A stretch of DNA of 64,000 nt from Macrostomum hystrix. Taxonomy: Eukaryota > Animalia > Platyhelminthes. The notes under the pieces were generated by a model that was not told where the DNA came from, did not search any database, and was given only the letters and a program-made list of their open reading frames with translations. A program made the position numbers and the translations under genes. The DNA lies in contig CATNEN010000001.1 in NCBI GenBank assembly GCA_950097015.1, positions 27,491,946 to 27,555,945 of the forward strand. The letters are read 5' to 3'. Of the stretch, positions 1 to 11,506 are shown in pieces (positions within the stretch are counted from its first letter, which is position 1; each line of letters starts with the position of its first letter).

Positions 1-75
1 CAGGTAGGAGAACTCAACCACCCTGGCAGCCGCGAGGCAGACAAGAACGCAGCAGAGAGCGGAGACCAGAAGCAT
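1..75 (-). CDS. WSC-PAN secreted protein paralog 0 (5' end only; runs off the window)
   Basis: ATG at 75 gives MLLVSALCCVLVCLAAARVVEFSYL, the same signal peptide + 'ARV..FSY' start as the other paralogs. TATAAA lies ~58 nt upstream. Confidence 0.8.
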   Translation of the reverse strand, partial: MLLVSALCCVLVCLAAARVVEFSYL

Positions 76-541
76 GGTGCGATGCTGAATTTCTGATTCT
101 GATTCAGCACCTGGCCTGGTTTCCAAAGCTCATTTATAGGATAACTAAGCAGGTGCTTTTTGTCCAGCTTCCAATCAGACAAACTGAGCTAGCCAATAGA
201 AGGAGTTTTGAGCTGCATGTAGCTAGAGGTGTCAAAATTTCTACAGTGAGTACAGAGTGAGTAGTATTGAGTTCAAAATAGTGAGCACTGAATCAGTCTT
301 CGTGAAAGATATTCGTAAATAAAAAACCTACCATTGTATCCCACTTAACGTGCGACTTACATTGCTAAGATTAAATAAAATAGTAAGACACTCTTCATGG
401 GCTTAACATCGAAGCAGCGATGATGTCTATTTTAAATATCTTTAAATATGTGCTGCAATTTGAGTCCCTTCATTCGCTGGAGCGCAGCTTATCACATGCT
501 TGGCTATCAGGTCTGTCAATAATGTTCGGGCACACATGTAG

Positions 542-948
542 GAATAGTCTCAGCCACACAGGTAGTAGTCTCAGCCACACAGGTAGTAGTCTCAGCCACA
601 CAGGTAGTAGTCTCAGCCACACAGGTAGCAGTCTCAGCCACACAGGTAGTAGTCTCAGCCACACAGGTAGTAGTCTCATCCCCACAGGTAGTAGTCTCAG
701 CCACACAGGTAGCAGTCTCAGCCCCACAGGTAGTAGTCTCAGCCACACAGGTAGCAGTCTCAGCCACACAGGTAGCAGTCTCAGCCACACAGGTAGTAGT
801 CTCAGCCACACAGGTAGTAGTCTCAGCCACACAGGTAGTAGTCTCAGCCACACAGGTAGTAGTCTCAGCCACACAGGTAGTAGTCTCATCCCCACAGGTA
901 GTAGTCTCAGCCACACAGGTAGCAGTCTCAGCCACGCAGGTAGTACTC
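542..948 (-). repeat. 21-bp tandem array (GACTACTACCTGTGTGGCTGA), ~19 units, directly behind the stop of paralog 1
   Basis: Seen directly; the unit equals the terminal codons DYYLCG* of the gene family. Confidence 0.95.
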
Positions 949-2339
949 GTAGTCTCCAGCGATGCTGCTCAGGCTGGCAGGTGGGTAGGCGAACCTGAGC
1001 AGGTGGCACAGCTGCAGCTGAGCGGAGAAGATCACAGCCTGGCAGTCATCCCTGGCTCCGCAAAGAGCCGAGCACTCGATGATGGAGGTCGCATTTCTGA
1101 TCCAGAAAGTTTTTATCGTAGCCACCACCGTCAGACTGGGCTTTGGAGCTTTTGACACGATTTGCTTGCCTGAAACATGATCAAGCGAGTTATGCCCAAA
1201 CGAGTTCAGTCCATGGACTGGGTAGATGCCTTTTACTTTTACTTAATTGCAGGGGGGCCTGGGGCACTTGACGCACAAGCGCAGGAACGGCATGCCCCGA
1301 GGCCGGCGAACTAGGCAGGAGCCGCCCATCGCGCCATCTAGACCCCTGACACAGGCACCTCACACAGCCGCAAGCCAAGCGGGGAAGGGGGCGGCAGCCG
1401 GAGTGCCTGGACTTAGATGCCTGAAGGGTAGGGACGAGAGGACCAAGCCACGCGCGCAGACGGCTGGTGAAACCTCGCCGCTCAGAGCACGCATGGCTGG
1501 TGCACGGGCTCCACCCCCATACAACGCCTCACACCCGACCCTGCGCACAAACACAAACACAAACAAGCAGGCATGCTGACGGCAGGGGTTAAGCTATTTA
1601 AAATTAGCTTTGGTTGCACAGAATAAGGCGCATCTCCGCAAGTCACTACTTCGCAAACCTCCAACTATGCCCCGAAATAATCGTGACTTGGAGGGAGGAA
1701 CGAACCAGCGACCATTGGAAAGTGAGGCAGCGACATTAGCCGCTAAACCACTCACCCCCTTTGGGAGATGCCACACCCACCATAAATTACCCCAGCTAAT
1801 GCTGGCACCTATTTAACAGCTGCGTGAGCTGTAGGAATGCAGATTCAAGTGTCCTGCTAAAGGACAGAGATAGTTCCAGTAGAGTCAAGAATTGAAACCC
1901 CGACCTTCATGTGAGCGTTCCACAGCAACTAGCTGAGGAGTTTACCAGGGTAGGTCTGCGCAAAAACGGAGTTTCGCCAGCTGTTGCCGCACTTCTGTGT
2001 CGAGTTTCCTGAGCACAGCATGCTGCAGTCGGTCTCTTTGGCAGCTCCCTTGGAGCCGTAGGACTGGCCGCAGTAGCACTGCCTGCCGTACTGCAGGCTA
2101 AAGTACGGGAATCCGCCCAGCGAGCAGACATTGCTGCAGAACTCGTGGGTCATGCTGTTGCTTGTCACACCGTATAAGAGAGTAGCGCTGCGTCCGCCAA
2201 TGCTGCTCACACCGGCTAGTCCGTGGACGTCTATGGCGGATGTATCCACGAAGCAGCCGATGTAGGAGAACTCAGCCACCCTGGCAGCGGCGAGGACCGG
2301 CAGAACGAAGCAGAGAGTCGCGACCGGGGACGCGATCAT
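928..2339 (-). CDS. WSC-PAN secreted protein paralog 1 (intact, 211 aa; exons 2339-1946, 1169-928)
   Basis: Signal peptide MIASPVATLCFVLPVLAAAR. WSC motif YIGC..D...MTHEFC...C...GFPYFSLQYGRQCYCG...C...CSGNSTQKCG...NSVF. Phase-1 GT/AG intron. Exon 2 has the C-x3-C-x5-C-x-A-x2-F-x6-C-x-L PAN/apple-like pattern. Spliced length is 636 nt and in frame. Confidence 0.88.
1770..1920 (-). mobile_element. degenerate tRNA-derived SINE (family A) in the intron of paralog 1
   Basis: Reverse-complement similarity to the SINE at 14825-15136 (AAGGTCGGGGTTTCAATTC...CAGCTGTTAAATAGGTGCCAGCAT). Confidence 0.6.
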
Positions 2340-2392
2340 GTTTTGAAGATTTTTAGCGTGTCTGTGGATGCATGGCCATCTTTTGCTTAGCA

Positions 2393-2399
2393 TTTTATA
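2393..2399 (-). promoter_or_regulatory. TATA box candidate for paralog 1
   Basis: TATAAAA ~55 nt upstream of the ATG; paralogs 0 and 2 have TATAAA at a similar distance. Confidence 0.5.
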
Positions 2400-2583
2400 C
2401 ATTTTAAGGGGCTGTTTTCCCACGAGTTGAAGACGATCGCGCTTGGCGTTGCAAGGTCCAAAAATGCTTGATGCATGAACGCTTGAACGCCTCCATGACT
2501 AGAGACGCTGTTCTAAACTTCCATTTTTACAACTGCATGAAAGTTCATTCCGACGCGGTATCACAGCATTTTGAGCTTCTTGC

Positions 2584-2835
2584 GAAGGTGTTGACTCCCT
2601 CTGACAATGATGTGCTGCTACTGGTGAAGGTGTTGCCTCCCTCTGACAATGATGTGCTGCTACTGGTGAAGGTGTTGACTCCCTCTGACAATGATGTGCT
2701 GCTACTGGTGAAGGTGTTGACTCCCTCTGACAATGATGTGCTGCTACTGGTGAAGGTGTTGACTCCCTCTGACAATGATGTGCTGCTACTGGTGAAGGTG
2801 TTAACTCCCTCTGACAATGATGTGCTGCTACTGGT
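2584..2835. repeat. 42-bp tandem repeat x6
   Basis: GAAGGTGTTGACTCCCTCTGACAATGATGTGCTGCTACTGGT repeated. Confidence 0.95.
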
Positions 2836-3534
2836 GCATGTGCTTTGTTTAGAATAGTTAAAAAACGAAACGGAACTTTGTTGATGTGTGAAATAATTAT
2901 TTTCTTTTCCCGGGTATCAAAAGCATTAATATTAATACTGCAATTGGTTAAATTGGATGATTGATGTATGTCAGCTTTAAACTCAAAGTTCTCAAGACAA
3001 GACAATGAGACTCTCCTGGTCACGGATAAAGCGATATCCAGAGCACAAGATGCTGGGCCCCTGTTTAAGCGCCTTTTTACAGTCCTCAAGCTGGGCGCCA
3101 GTCTACAAGCAACTGCGACAGGAAACTGCGTTTCTTAGAAAATGCTTAGGGGGTGCAAATTTTGCCAACAAATACTCTGCGGAGATAAAATAATTTCACC
3201 TTTCACACTAAAATAGTTATGCATAACTTACATGTTATGCTGTTGCAAGAAATTTTACATAGCTAGTTTATTCCTTAAAATGTTATCTTTATACTATTAC
3301 TAGCTTTTTTTGCCAGTTGTTTTTGGGGCAGAAATTTAAAGCAAAGCAGTAAGCAATTCACGTCTCTGTATTAACTTTATAGTGAAGGTCACCATTTATT
3401 TATTTACTGCATTAATGAAAAGTGAAGAGTTTGTTGAAGGTCGTTTTAAGTAAAAAAGAAGTGAAAAGTTTGTCCAAACAGCCCCCTCTTGATTACTTCT
3501 TTAGAAACATGTCTCAGCCACTCCTCTATACAGT

Positions 3535-3809
3535 CAGTGGCAGATCCAGGAATTTTGTTTTGGGGCGGTCTGTCAGGGGAGCGCCATGAGAATCACAGAG
3601 GGGGTGCCAGCGGCCGAAAAAGGGCGCCAGGAGCCAAGAAAGGGCGCCAGCGGCTGAAAAACGGGAGCCAGCGGCTGAAAAAGGGGCGCCAGCGGCCGAA
3701 AAGGGGCGCCAGTGCTGCGACTGGCGCCCCTGGTGGGGGCATCTTATTCCCATGATTAAAATTTAGGGGGGAGACTGCCCCCCCGCCCCCCCCCCTAAAT
3801 CTGCCTCTG
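3535..3809. mobile_element. hAT-type MITE nested in Helitron unit 1
   Basis: Terminal inverted repeats CAGTGGCAGAT...ATCTGCCTCTG flanked by the 8-bp direct repeat TATACAGT; internal 21-bp GC-rich repeats. Confidence 0.75.
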
Positions 3810-3961
3810 TATACAGTATGCATGTACACGCGTATACATAAGGAAAATAGCCATGGCATAACAATAACAATGTCAAAGAAACAAAATTAAACTGTTTCAG
3901 AGTTCAGAGTTAGACAGGTCAAGGTCAATTCGTGACTACTTTTCTATTAATTGCTTGCGAG

Positions 3962-4570
3962 TCACCTCAAGGCCTGGGGATACACCACATTCTTCGTTAT
4001 TCCCCTTGGTGCAAAAATGAATAGGCCAGCTGGAGTTCCAACACGGGAGCAGGGGACATAAAGCTGCCCATGCGAGAAGCAAGGAGTCTCCAGGTTGATG
4101 CCAGCCACCTTCAGCGACTGTCCCTGAGCCTTGTTAATAGTCATCGCAAAGCACACTCTCACAGGGAACTGCAGTCGCTTGAACTGAAATGGCAGGTCCG
4201 TGGGGATAATTGGAATCCGGGGAACGAACACAGACTCTCCTCTGCCAGATCCAGTCATTATCGTGGCCTCAATCACGTGTGGGAAGAGCCGCCTGACTAT
4301 CAGTCTGGTGCCGTTACACAGCCTTGGCGCATTCAGGTTGCGGAGGAGCATAATTGGTGCCCCAACTTTCAGCTGCAAGTTGTGCGATGGAGTTCCAGGA
4401 GGATCTAGAGAGTTCAGAAACTCAACAGGATACTCCACAGCGGTGTCATCAGTCAACGTTGTATCAATTGACTTGTAGGTGAAAACTGCACCTGGCAACT
4501 CCTGAAGCAGTTGGTAGTTAATTTCGTTGGCGGCATCATTTCTAGGACACAGAATTGCCCTCTCTGACAG
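3962..4570 (-). pseudogene. Helitron RepHel C-terminal PIF1 helicase fragment
   Basis: Helicase motifs in ORF 3962..5167. The N-terminal part of that ORF is non-coding Helitron end and LTR sequence. Confidence 0.8.
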
Positions 4571-5100
4571 CCCGGGCTTCGGCGCCCGGGGAAGGGAGGG
4601 GGTGGCTGTAATAAAATTTGGCCCGCAGAGTGGCGGAGGGGAGTTGGGGTGGCTGTCCTCGGAAAACAAAAAGTGACTCACTTTGAGATGATGCAGCTTT
4701 GCTCTGGATTGAGTAGAGATGTTCAAAATTGACAGCATTGTTGGAAAACATGTAAAGTGTAAGTGGATCAAATTTGGAGAAAATCTGACAAAGTGGGGCG
4801 ACGATATGTCGAATTGAGTGATTTTTTGACGATTTTTGAGCAGTTTTTTGCACTTTTGAGCAGGAAGGAAATGATTTTTCGGGAATTTGAGTAGCCTATT
4901 GCACTCAGCGTAGGTGGTTTTAGGTATGTGCAAAGTTTGGTGCGATTTGGTTGAGCGGTTTCGGCGTCTATAAAGACAAAAGGTTGTACACACACACACA
5001 CACACACAGACAGACAGAGTTTTCACTTTTATATATATAGATACTAGCTTTTTTGCCCGTTGTTTTAGGGGCAGAAATTTAAAGCAAAGCAGTAAGCAAT

Positions 5101-5532
5101 TGTTGTGTCTCACGGCCCTACAGCCTTTGGGGAAGCTGCGACAGCCCAGGTCCCAGTCGGGTGCCACCCGTCCCGTCTCCCAGGGAATGGCAGAAAAGAG
5201 AGCGCAGGGTACTTACGGCAGACGACTGGCCCAGCGAGGCTTGAACTTGGATTGAATTGAAGGCTGTTTTAATTAATGAGCAATGCAGGGTGAACAGGCG
5301 GAACGGTTGAGACTCGGGTCTCTTCGCAGAGTCAATATATATTTAATTAACAAGTCTTCGCCCGGGGCTTACGCAAGCGCCGGCCCACGGGTGAAATGTA
5401 CATTTAACAATTAGGGGGTAGGCTGGGCGATCGATACATATGACTGGGGTGGGGCACGCTAGCCGACTGGCGGGGCAGGGAATGAGAAAGATATGAAAAT
5501 GATAGGGCAGAGGTGAGGGCTGCGTCACAACA
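5101..5532 (-). repeat. 3' LTR (432 bp)
   Basis: Direct repeat of 11507-11902; PPT at 5533-5545. Confidence 0.92.
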
Positions 5533-6653
5533 TCCTCCCCTCCTTAAAAAAACGGTGGGAAGTACGAAAACAAAGACTACGAGTATTAGAAGAAAAGAAA
5601 AACGGCATTACAAATGAAGAAAAAAAATGATAAGCGGATTAGCAATTGGGTAAGAATGCAGTGGGCAGTGAACGAAAACAAGACGCTCAAACGGATGACA
5701 AAAAAAACATGTTGATGACGCAATCATGTAGGATTAACGGAAAGGAGAAATAACACGAATCGCATGATATATGTAGATGACACATGAGCGCAAAATATTT
5801 TAGGGTTGAAACGTCAGTTAGTTTTTTTTTTAGAAAAATGATAATCGTGCTAGTAATGTATTCACGATACTCGGCTAGCACAGTTCCTGCAGCTTCGTCA
5901 CGTCGCGGTATCCAACCGGCTCGCTCCGACCTCGGTTCTGCCAAAGTCGCTCGCCTCACGCAGTCCTGGCTCGAAACACAGCAGTGTCCCAGCCGAGCTG
6001 AATGCCGAACTCGGGTCGCTCGCTGCCGGGCAGCCTGTCGACCCCGAGACCCGCTGACTCGCCTGCCAGCTCGCTGACTCGTGCGCGCCGACTCCCGTGG
6101 CTAGGCCAATGGTCGCTCTCGCATTTTGCCTTGGTTGCCGCCGAACTCGCTCGCACTGCCGTTGACCGGTCATCAAGCGCTCTTCAGCTCACAGCGACTG
6201 CAGGTGACGCCTTCGTAGCATCTCCGTCGCTCCAGTTCGCTGACTTGACGCTGACTGGTTGGTGGTGCTTTGCTGTGGCGCAGCGGTGTCTCCTGCCGTA
6301 TCTTGCTGCTTCCGGGTCTTCCGCCTCTGGTGTCCTCCACCTGGCCCTCCACCACCCCAATGGGAAACGGGCCGAGCGACACCCAACATGAAACCCAGGG
6401 AGTGCAGCTTCCCGGACAGGTACCCCTAACTGCTAAGACGAACTGGACGCAGAACTGTAGCTAAATAGCGCACGCGTAATACAGTAAAAATGTGTCAGTT
6501 GCAACGCAAGTACATGTACTCGTAAATAAATACTAAAATGAAGGAAGTTTTTGTGATTTTAGATGTTTTATTAGTCTTTTTTGCGTTTTGACAGTTTTAA
6601 TGTATTTTTTTGTATTTTTTTCCTTATTGTTTTTAGTGTAATTTATTACAGTG

Positions 6654-9600
6654 CTAGTACAGCACAGGGTTGCCGTAGCGCACCGGTGGATTTCCCCTTC
6701 CAGGCCGGAGTCTGCGCGGTGACGGCGGAGCAGGAATCTCCTGCAGTGGCGGCGCTGCACCTTGAATGGGTTCGTTCTGCGGCACTGGTGCTTCGTGCCC
6801 CGGCGGCGGCGGCACATAGACGAAGTCAGACTCGGCGTCATCTGACTCGGACTCATCCTGCTGAGGTGTCCCTCTAGCTACTTCACCCTGTACTTGGCGC
6901 GCCATCCGCCTTTGCCGTCTCTGTTTTGGAGCTTGCAGCTCAGGGGGCCGCTGTGGAATTTTTCTAAGATTGTTGTAATGGACTATTCTAGTTTTTCGAC
7001 TGTTCTGGTGGCGAATTTTGAAATTGACATCTGAGATTTTCTCTATGACCTCAGCCGGGCCTTTCCAATATTTGTGGAACTTGGCAACTTCGCTGGGCTG
7101 CAGGGCCGGCGAGTATTCAAGCACAATATCCCCAACATCTATGGTCGGACCTCGAACCCTGGAGTCGTAGTTGACTTTCTGCTTGCGCTGATATTGTTGC
7201 AGATTTTGCCTTACGTGCGAGTGCGCGTCTGCCAGCCTGTCACCCAGAGATAGCAGGTACTCAGGCGCATTAGCTGGCAGCGTTTCAGGCAAGTTCCCTA
7301 TGTCGACCGGAAGGCGCATCTCTTTCGCATACAGCATGTAATATGGGGTATACCCCGTGCCACGATGGACGCTGCTGCGATAGGCCAGAAGCGAGGGGCC
7401 AATCAAGTCCTCCCAGTCCGCCTCAGCCTCGCTCTGCCTGCACTTAATCATGTTTTTTAGCGTTTTGTTAAAGCTTTCCGCCTGGCCATCGGCCATGGGG
7501 TGATAAGACGTAGTTCGGCACTTTTTCACTGCCATCAGCTGACACAGCTGCTTCACGAGAAGTGATTCGAAGTTGGTGCCTTTGTCGGTTATCAGGAATT
7601 CTGGGCAGCCGAACTGGGCGATCCAGTTGTCAAAAATCGCCTTCGCCACGGTGCTCGCACGCTGATTCGAGAGCGCCACAGCGACCGGCCACTTCGTGAA
7701 TGAGTCCTGAATGGTCAGCACAAACCTGGAGCCATTCTTCGATCGAGGCAACGGGCCCACAATGTCACTCATGATGCGCTGGAATGGAGCTTCCGATACT
7801 ATCGGCTGCAGCGGCGCTCTGCCAGCTTTCCCCGGCTTGGCTCTGGCGCAATGCACGCAGCTCCGGCAATACTCCTCGATCTTTCTCGAGAGCCCTGGCC
7901 ACCAGAATCTACTCTTAACTTTCGCCTGAGTCTTCTTCACTCCAAGATGACCTCCAGCAACCCCGTCATGTAATTCACTGAAGACCCTCTGGAACAGACT
8001 CGGCGGCAAGACAATTTTTGGCTTCTCCGAGTCAGGTCCCTTGACGACCAAGACCTGCGCCTCCAGCCTGATCAGCTGGCGTTGAGACCATAGACATCTT
8101 TCCTCCCATGACATCACAGGCGGCGCAATCAGCTCAGAGTTACCATTGTGCACAAAACTGCGGATTACTTCCAGTTTGGACTCAGTTTCCTGGGCTGTTT
8201 GAATTTCCTCCCTGCCCAGTCCACTGCAAAGGACGGTATTAACGCCACGAGAGTCCGCCAGCGTACAGCTCGGACAGGTTTCGTGCCCGGAATGCTTCCT
8301 GTATTTGCGAGACAAAGAGTCCGCGTTGCCGTGGAGTTTCCCGGCTCGGTGTTCTATGGTGAACTCGTAATTTTGCAGCATCTGCAGCCAGCGAGCACAC
8401 TGGCCCTCTGTATCACGAAGATTCGTGAGCCACTGCAGCGCTTTGTGGTCAGACCTGATTATGAACTTTCTCCCAAGCAGGTAGTAACGGTATTTTTTTA
8501 CAAAATGCACGATTGCTAGTAACTCTAGGCGAGTGGTGCAGTAGTTCTTTTCACTGGGCTGGATCATCCGTGACCCATAGGCGATGACCTTCTCAGATCC
8601 ATCCGCCTGACGCTGTGACAGCACGGCGCCGATCCCGATCCTCGAGCTGGCATCCGTGTCAAGAATGAATTCGCCAGCGTCGGGCGAGAAATCTGGGAAT
8701 GCCATCACTCTAGGTGAACACAGGGCAGCCTTCAAGTTGTTGAACGATTCTTCCTGATCTTGGCCCCATTTAAACTCTGCTCCGCTCGCGGTGAGCCGGT
8801 ACAGCGGAGCGGCCATTTCGGAGAAATTTGGGATAAAGGCTTTGTAATACACGCACAATCCCAAGAACGATTGGACCTTCGCAGCACTGCAAGGCCTTGG
8901 CCAGTTTTGAATCTCCGCACACTTCTCGGGGTTCGCGGCAATTCCATCCTTTGAGATCACGTGACCTAGGAACTTGATCCGGTCGGCAAGGAAGACACAT
9001 TTCGCGGGCTTTAGCCTAATGTTAGCTGCCCGGAGACACTGAAAAACGTGCAAGAGGCGCTCAAAGTGCTGCCGGACTGTTATAGAAAAGACGACAATAT
9101 CGTCGAAATACACGAGGCACTCCTTCCAGTTCACCTCGGATAGCGCCATAGACATGAGTCTCGTGAATGTCGACGGGGCGTTCCTGAGCCCGAAGCTCAT
9201 GCAATTCCAGGCGAACTGTCCCCGATTCGGCACTACGAAGGCCGTCTTCAACTGGTCTTTTGGATCCAACGGGCACTGATGGTACCCGGAAGCCAGATCC
9301 ATGGTGGAGAAGATGCAGTTTCCCCCCAAGGCATCCAGCGTCTCGTCCATCCTGGGCGGAGGTAGCGGATCCGGCACAGTCACGCTGTTCAGCCGCCTGT
9401 AATCCAAGCACATTCGGAGGCTGCCATCCGGTTTCTTGACCGGCACCACCGGGCTCGACCAGGGTGACTGGCACGGGAATATGCGGCCTTCGGCCAGAAG
9501 CTGATCCACCTGTTTGTTGACTTCCTCTCGCCAGTGGGGCGGTAGCCGACGCAGCGGCTCACTTACCGGCTTTGCGCTGCCCGTGTCAATCTCGTGGGAC

Positions 9601-10556
9601 AAGAGGCCCGTCAGGCCAAGTTCAGAGCTGTCTTTGGCAAACACATCACGGTTTCTGGCGACAAGCTCCACGAACTCCCTCGACTCACCCTCAGTTAGGC
9701 CACACGACCCCCACTCCTTCACTTCGCTAAGGGGGTTCCACGAATCCTCCTCAGACTGCACAGTGTTCAGCTGCAGCTCTGCCGGCTGCTGCGCTGAGAT
9801 CGGCGAGAACCAACCGATGCGCGCCCCCTTTCTCATTGATAGGCTGGACTCGGACATGTTCATGATCCTGACTGACAGATGCCCGTCCTGACTCGGCATC
9901 TGCACGGACCGGGCCAGGAGGTGCTCACGCTCACCTTGCCGACAGGGCTCTACCATTCCTGGAAACTGGAAACCTTTCGCTCCTTTTCTCTGCAGGCGAA
10001 CCGGAATCAGCATCTCCTCTCCCATACTCATCCGGATATTCTGGCACAGTACAATACGACAAAGAAGCGGCCTCTCAGCGCACAGGCGAAAAGGATACAC
10101 GCTGGTTTCTGTCTGCAGGCAGTGTTTGGCAAAATCAATAATCATGCAATGCTTTAGAAAAAAATCTGTTCCAAGAATGCAAGGCTGTGAAATTCCGTCG
10201 ACAACCAGGAACTCGTGTGTGAAATTTGTCTCCCCAATTGAAAAATGAAATTGAATGTTTCCCTGAATTTCGATCGGCTCACCATTAGCAGTAAAAATAG
10301 AAAAATCTAATGTACTGTTTTGCAATTGACCTTTAATATTTTCAGCTTCTAAGAAACGATTGCTAAGCAAAGATACGTTGGACCCACTGTCCAGCAAGCA
10401 AGCTACCAGAGGCCCCGACTCGAACTTCGCGTCGATGTAGCCCAGCCCAGCTCTCCCAAGCACACTGTGGGTCTGGGTCGAGGGCCCTGGCGCTTTTCCA
10501 GTTACTGAAATCGGGGCCCGGGACGCTGGCCTAGCCGGGCCCCCATCCCGTTTCCC
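6654..10556 (-). CDS. pol: gypsy Pol polyprotein (protease, RT, RNase H, integrase), entered by a -1 frameshift
   Basis: Uninterrupted ORF with LLDSGS protease, LVYFDD RT, ILDTDAS RNase H, H-x6-H...CxxC integrase zinc finger, integrase core and KYWKGP (GPY/F-like) motif. Confidence 0.93.
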   Translation of the reverse strand, partial: GKRDGGPARPASRAPISVTGKAPGPSTQTHSVLGRAGLGYIDAKFESGPLVACLLDSGSNVSLLSNRFLEAENIKGQLQNSTLDFSIFTANGEPIEIQGNIQFHFSIGETNFTHEFLVVDGISQPCILGTDFFLKHCMIIDFAKHCLQTETSVYPFRLCAERPLLCRIVLCQNIRMSMGEEMLIPVRLQRKGAKGFQFPGMVEPCRQGEREHLLARSVQMPSQDGHLSVRIMNMSESSLSMRKGARIGWFSPISAQQPAELQLNTVQSEEDSWNPLSEVKEWGSCGLTEGESREFVELVARNRDVFAKDSSELGLTGLLSHEIDTGSAKPVSEPLRRLPPHWREEVNKQVDQLLAEGRIFPCQSPWSSPVVPVKKPDGSLRMCLDYRRLNSVTVPDPLPPPRMDETLDALGGNCIFSTMDLASGYHQCPLDPKDQLKTAFVVPNRGQFAWNCMSFGLRNAPSTFTRLMSMALSEVNWKECLVYFDDIVVFSITVRQHFERLLHVFQCLRAANIRLKPAKCVFLADRIKFLGHVISKDGIAANPEKCAEIQNWPRPCSAAKVQSFLGLCVYYKAFIPNFSEMAAPLYRLTASGAEFKWGQDQEESFNNLKAALCSPRVMAFPDFSPDAGEFILDTDASSRIGIGAVLSQRQADGSEKVIAYGSRMIQPSEKNYCTTRLELLAIVHFVKKYRYYLLGRKFIIRSDHKALQWLTNLRDTEGQCARWLQMLQNYEFTIEHRAGKLHGNADSLSRKYRKHSGHETCPSCTLADSRGVNTVLCSGLGREEIQTAQETESKLEVIRSFVHNGNSELIAPPVMSWEERCLWSQRQLIRLEAQVLVVKGPDSEKPKIVLPPSLFQRVFSELHDGVAGGHLGVKKTQAKVKSRFWWPGLSRKIEEYCRSCVHCARAKPGKAGRAPLQPIVSEAPFQRIMSDIVGPLPRSKNGSRFVLTIQDSFTKWPVAVALSNQRASTVAKAIFDNWIAQFGCPEFLITDKGTNFESLLVKQLCQLMAVKKCRTTSYHPMADGQAESFNKTLKNMIKCRQSEAEADWEDLIGPSLLAYRSSVHRGTGYTPYYMLYAKEMRLPVDIGNLPETLPANAPEYLLSLGDRLADAHSHVRQNLQQYQRKQKVNYDSRVRGPTIDVGDIVLEYSPALQPSEVAKFHKYWKGPAEVIEKISDVNFKIRHQNSRKTRIVHYNNLRKIPQRPPELQAPKQRRQRRMARQVQGEVARGTPQQDESESDDAESDFVYVPPPPGHEAPVPQNEPIQGAAPPLQEIPAPPSPRRLRPGRGNPPVRYGNPVLY

Positions 10557-11449
10557 TGCTGCCGAGCAGCCTGTTGATTCGGGCAACTGGCGCGGGTGTG
10601 ACCCGGCTGGCCACAGGCGTAGCATGCCACCCGATTCCTGCACTCCGCTGTCGAATGTCCAGCCTGAAGGCACCTTCCACAGCTCTTGGCCGACTGAGGC
10701 GCTGCTGCTGACTGTGGCTGTGGGCTCGGCCTCCCAGCCTGCGCAGACGCACCTCCTTGCTTCAGCTGCGCGATTTCCGCCTTCAAGCTAGCGATCTCCG
10801 CTGCCATGCGGGCTGCCTGACTTTCAGCCGCCGCGGCAGCCTGGTTGTTCACCACGTGAACTGACCGCTTTCCTTCCAGCAGCTTCATCGAAGCCAGAGT
10901 CTGGCGGACTCGCTGGATGGCGGCCTGTAGCGTGTCAGGGTCCTGCAGCAGCACGTTCTCAAGCACCCTGTCCGGCACCCGAATCCCCTTGAGGAAGCGG
11001 TCTTTCGCTAGCTCGTCCCTCTGCTCCACCGGCAGCGCCGGGTACGCCTTGCGCATTAGCTCCTTCAGAGCGTCAGCGTAGTCCTCAAGAGCCTCCCCGT
11101 CTCTCTGATTCCTGCTCTGAAATTCCGTCTTATAGTCCTAAGCCGTTCGATTTTGACTAAACCGAGCCTCCAGCTGTTCAACGAACTGGTCATAACCTAA
11201 CTCCTCGTCCAACTCCATGTTGGCCACTGCCTTGAAGGCCGTGCCGAAGTCAAGGAGACTCAACAGAGTCTGTTTCCTCTGATCCTCGGGGATCTGGGTG
11301 GCCTCGCAGTACGCATTAAATTGCTGCAGCCAGAGCGCAAAATCTTGACTGGGAACATATTTATTCGGACGAGGGATTCTCTGACCCACATGAAGCTGTT
11401 CCTGGATTCTCGCTGTCAACGCACCAATGAGATCGTCTAATCCGGCCAT
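10502..11449 (-). pseudogene. gag: gypsy Gag with an in-frame TAG at 11138-11140
   Basis: ORFs 11138..11461 and 10502..11056 share a frame and are joined by open sequence (RTA*DYKTEFQSRNQRDGEALEDYADAL). Two CCHC knuckles: CGRCLQAGHSTAEC and CYACGQPGHTRASC. Confidence 0.85.
10513..10556 (-). promoter_or_regulatory. -1 programmed ribosomal frameshift signal (gag-pol)
   Basis: Slippery heptamer G GGA AAC in the gag frame, followed by the stem GGGGCCCGG...CCGGGCCCC; pol is in the -1 frame. Confidence 0.8.
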
Positions 11450-11506
11450 GACGCACAGCACTCTCTCTCACTCTACAACCAGACGTCAAAAAAACTGAAT
11501 CACCGG

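Larger units (their letters stand above)
3300..5041 (-). mobile_element. non-autonomous Helitron, unit 1
   Basis: Minus strand starts TCTATATATATAAAAG followed by a (GTCT/GT)n microsatellite and ends in a GCCC..GGC hairpin + CTAG-T. It carries a C-terminal PIF1-like helicase fragment (LLRNLNAPRLCNGTRL, RLQFPVRVCFAMTINKAQGQSL, FSHGQLYV). Confidence 0.85.

Noticed and set aside
3962-5167. 401-aa PIF1 helicase gene
   Set aside because: Chimeric ORF running from LTR sequence through the Helitron terminus into a helicase fragment that lacks the N-terminal motifs.
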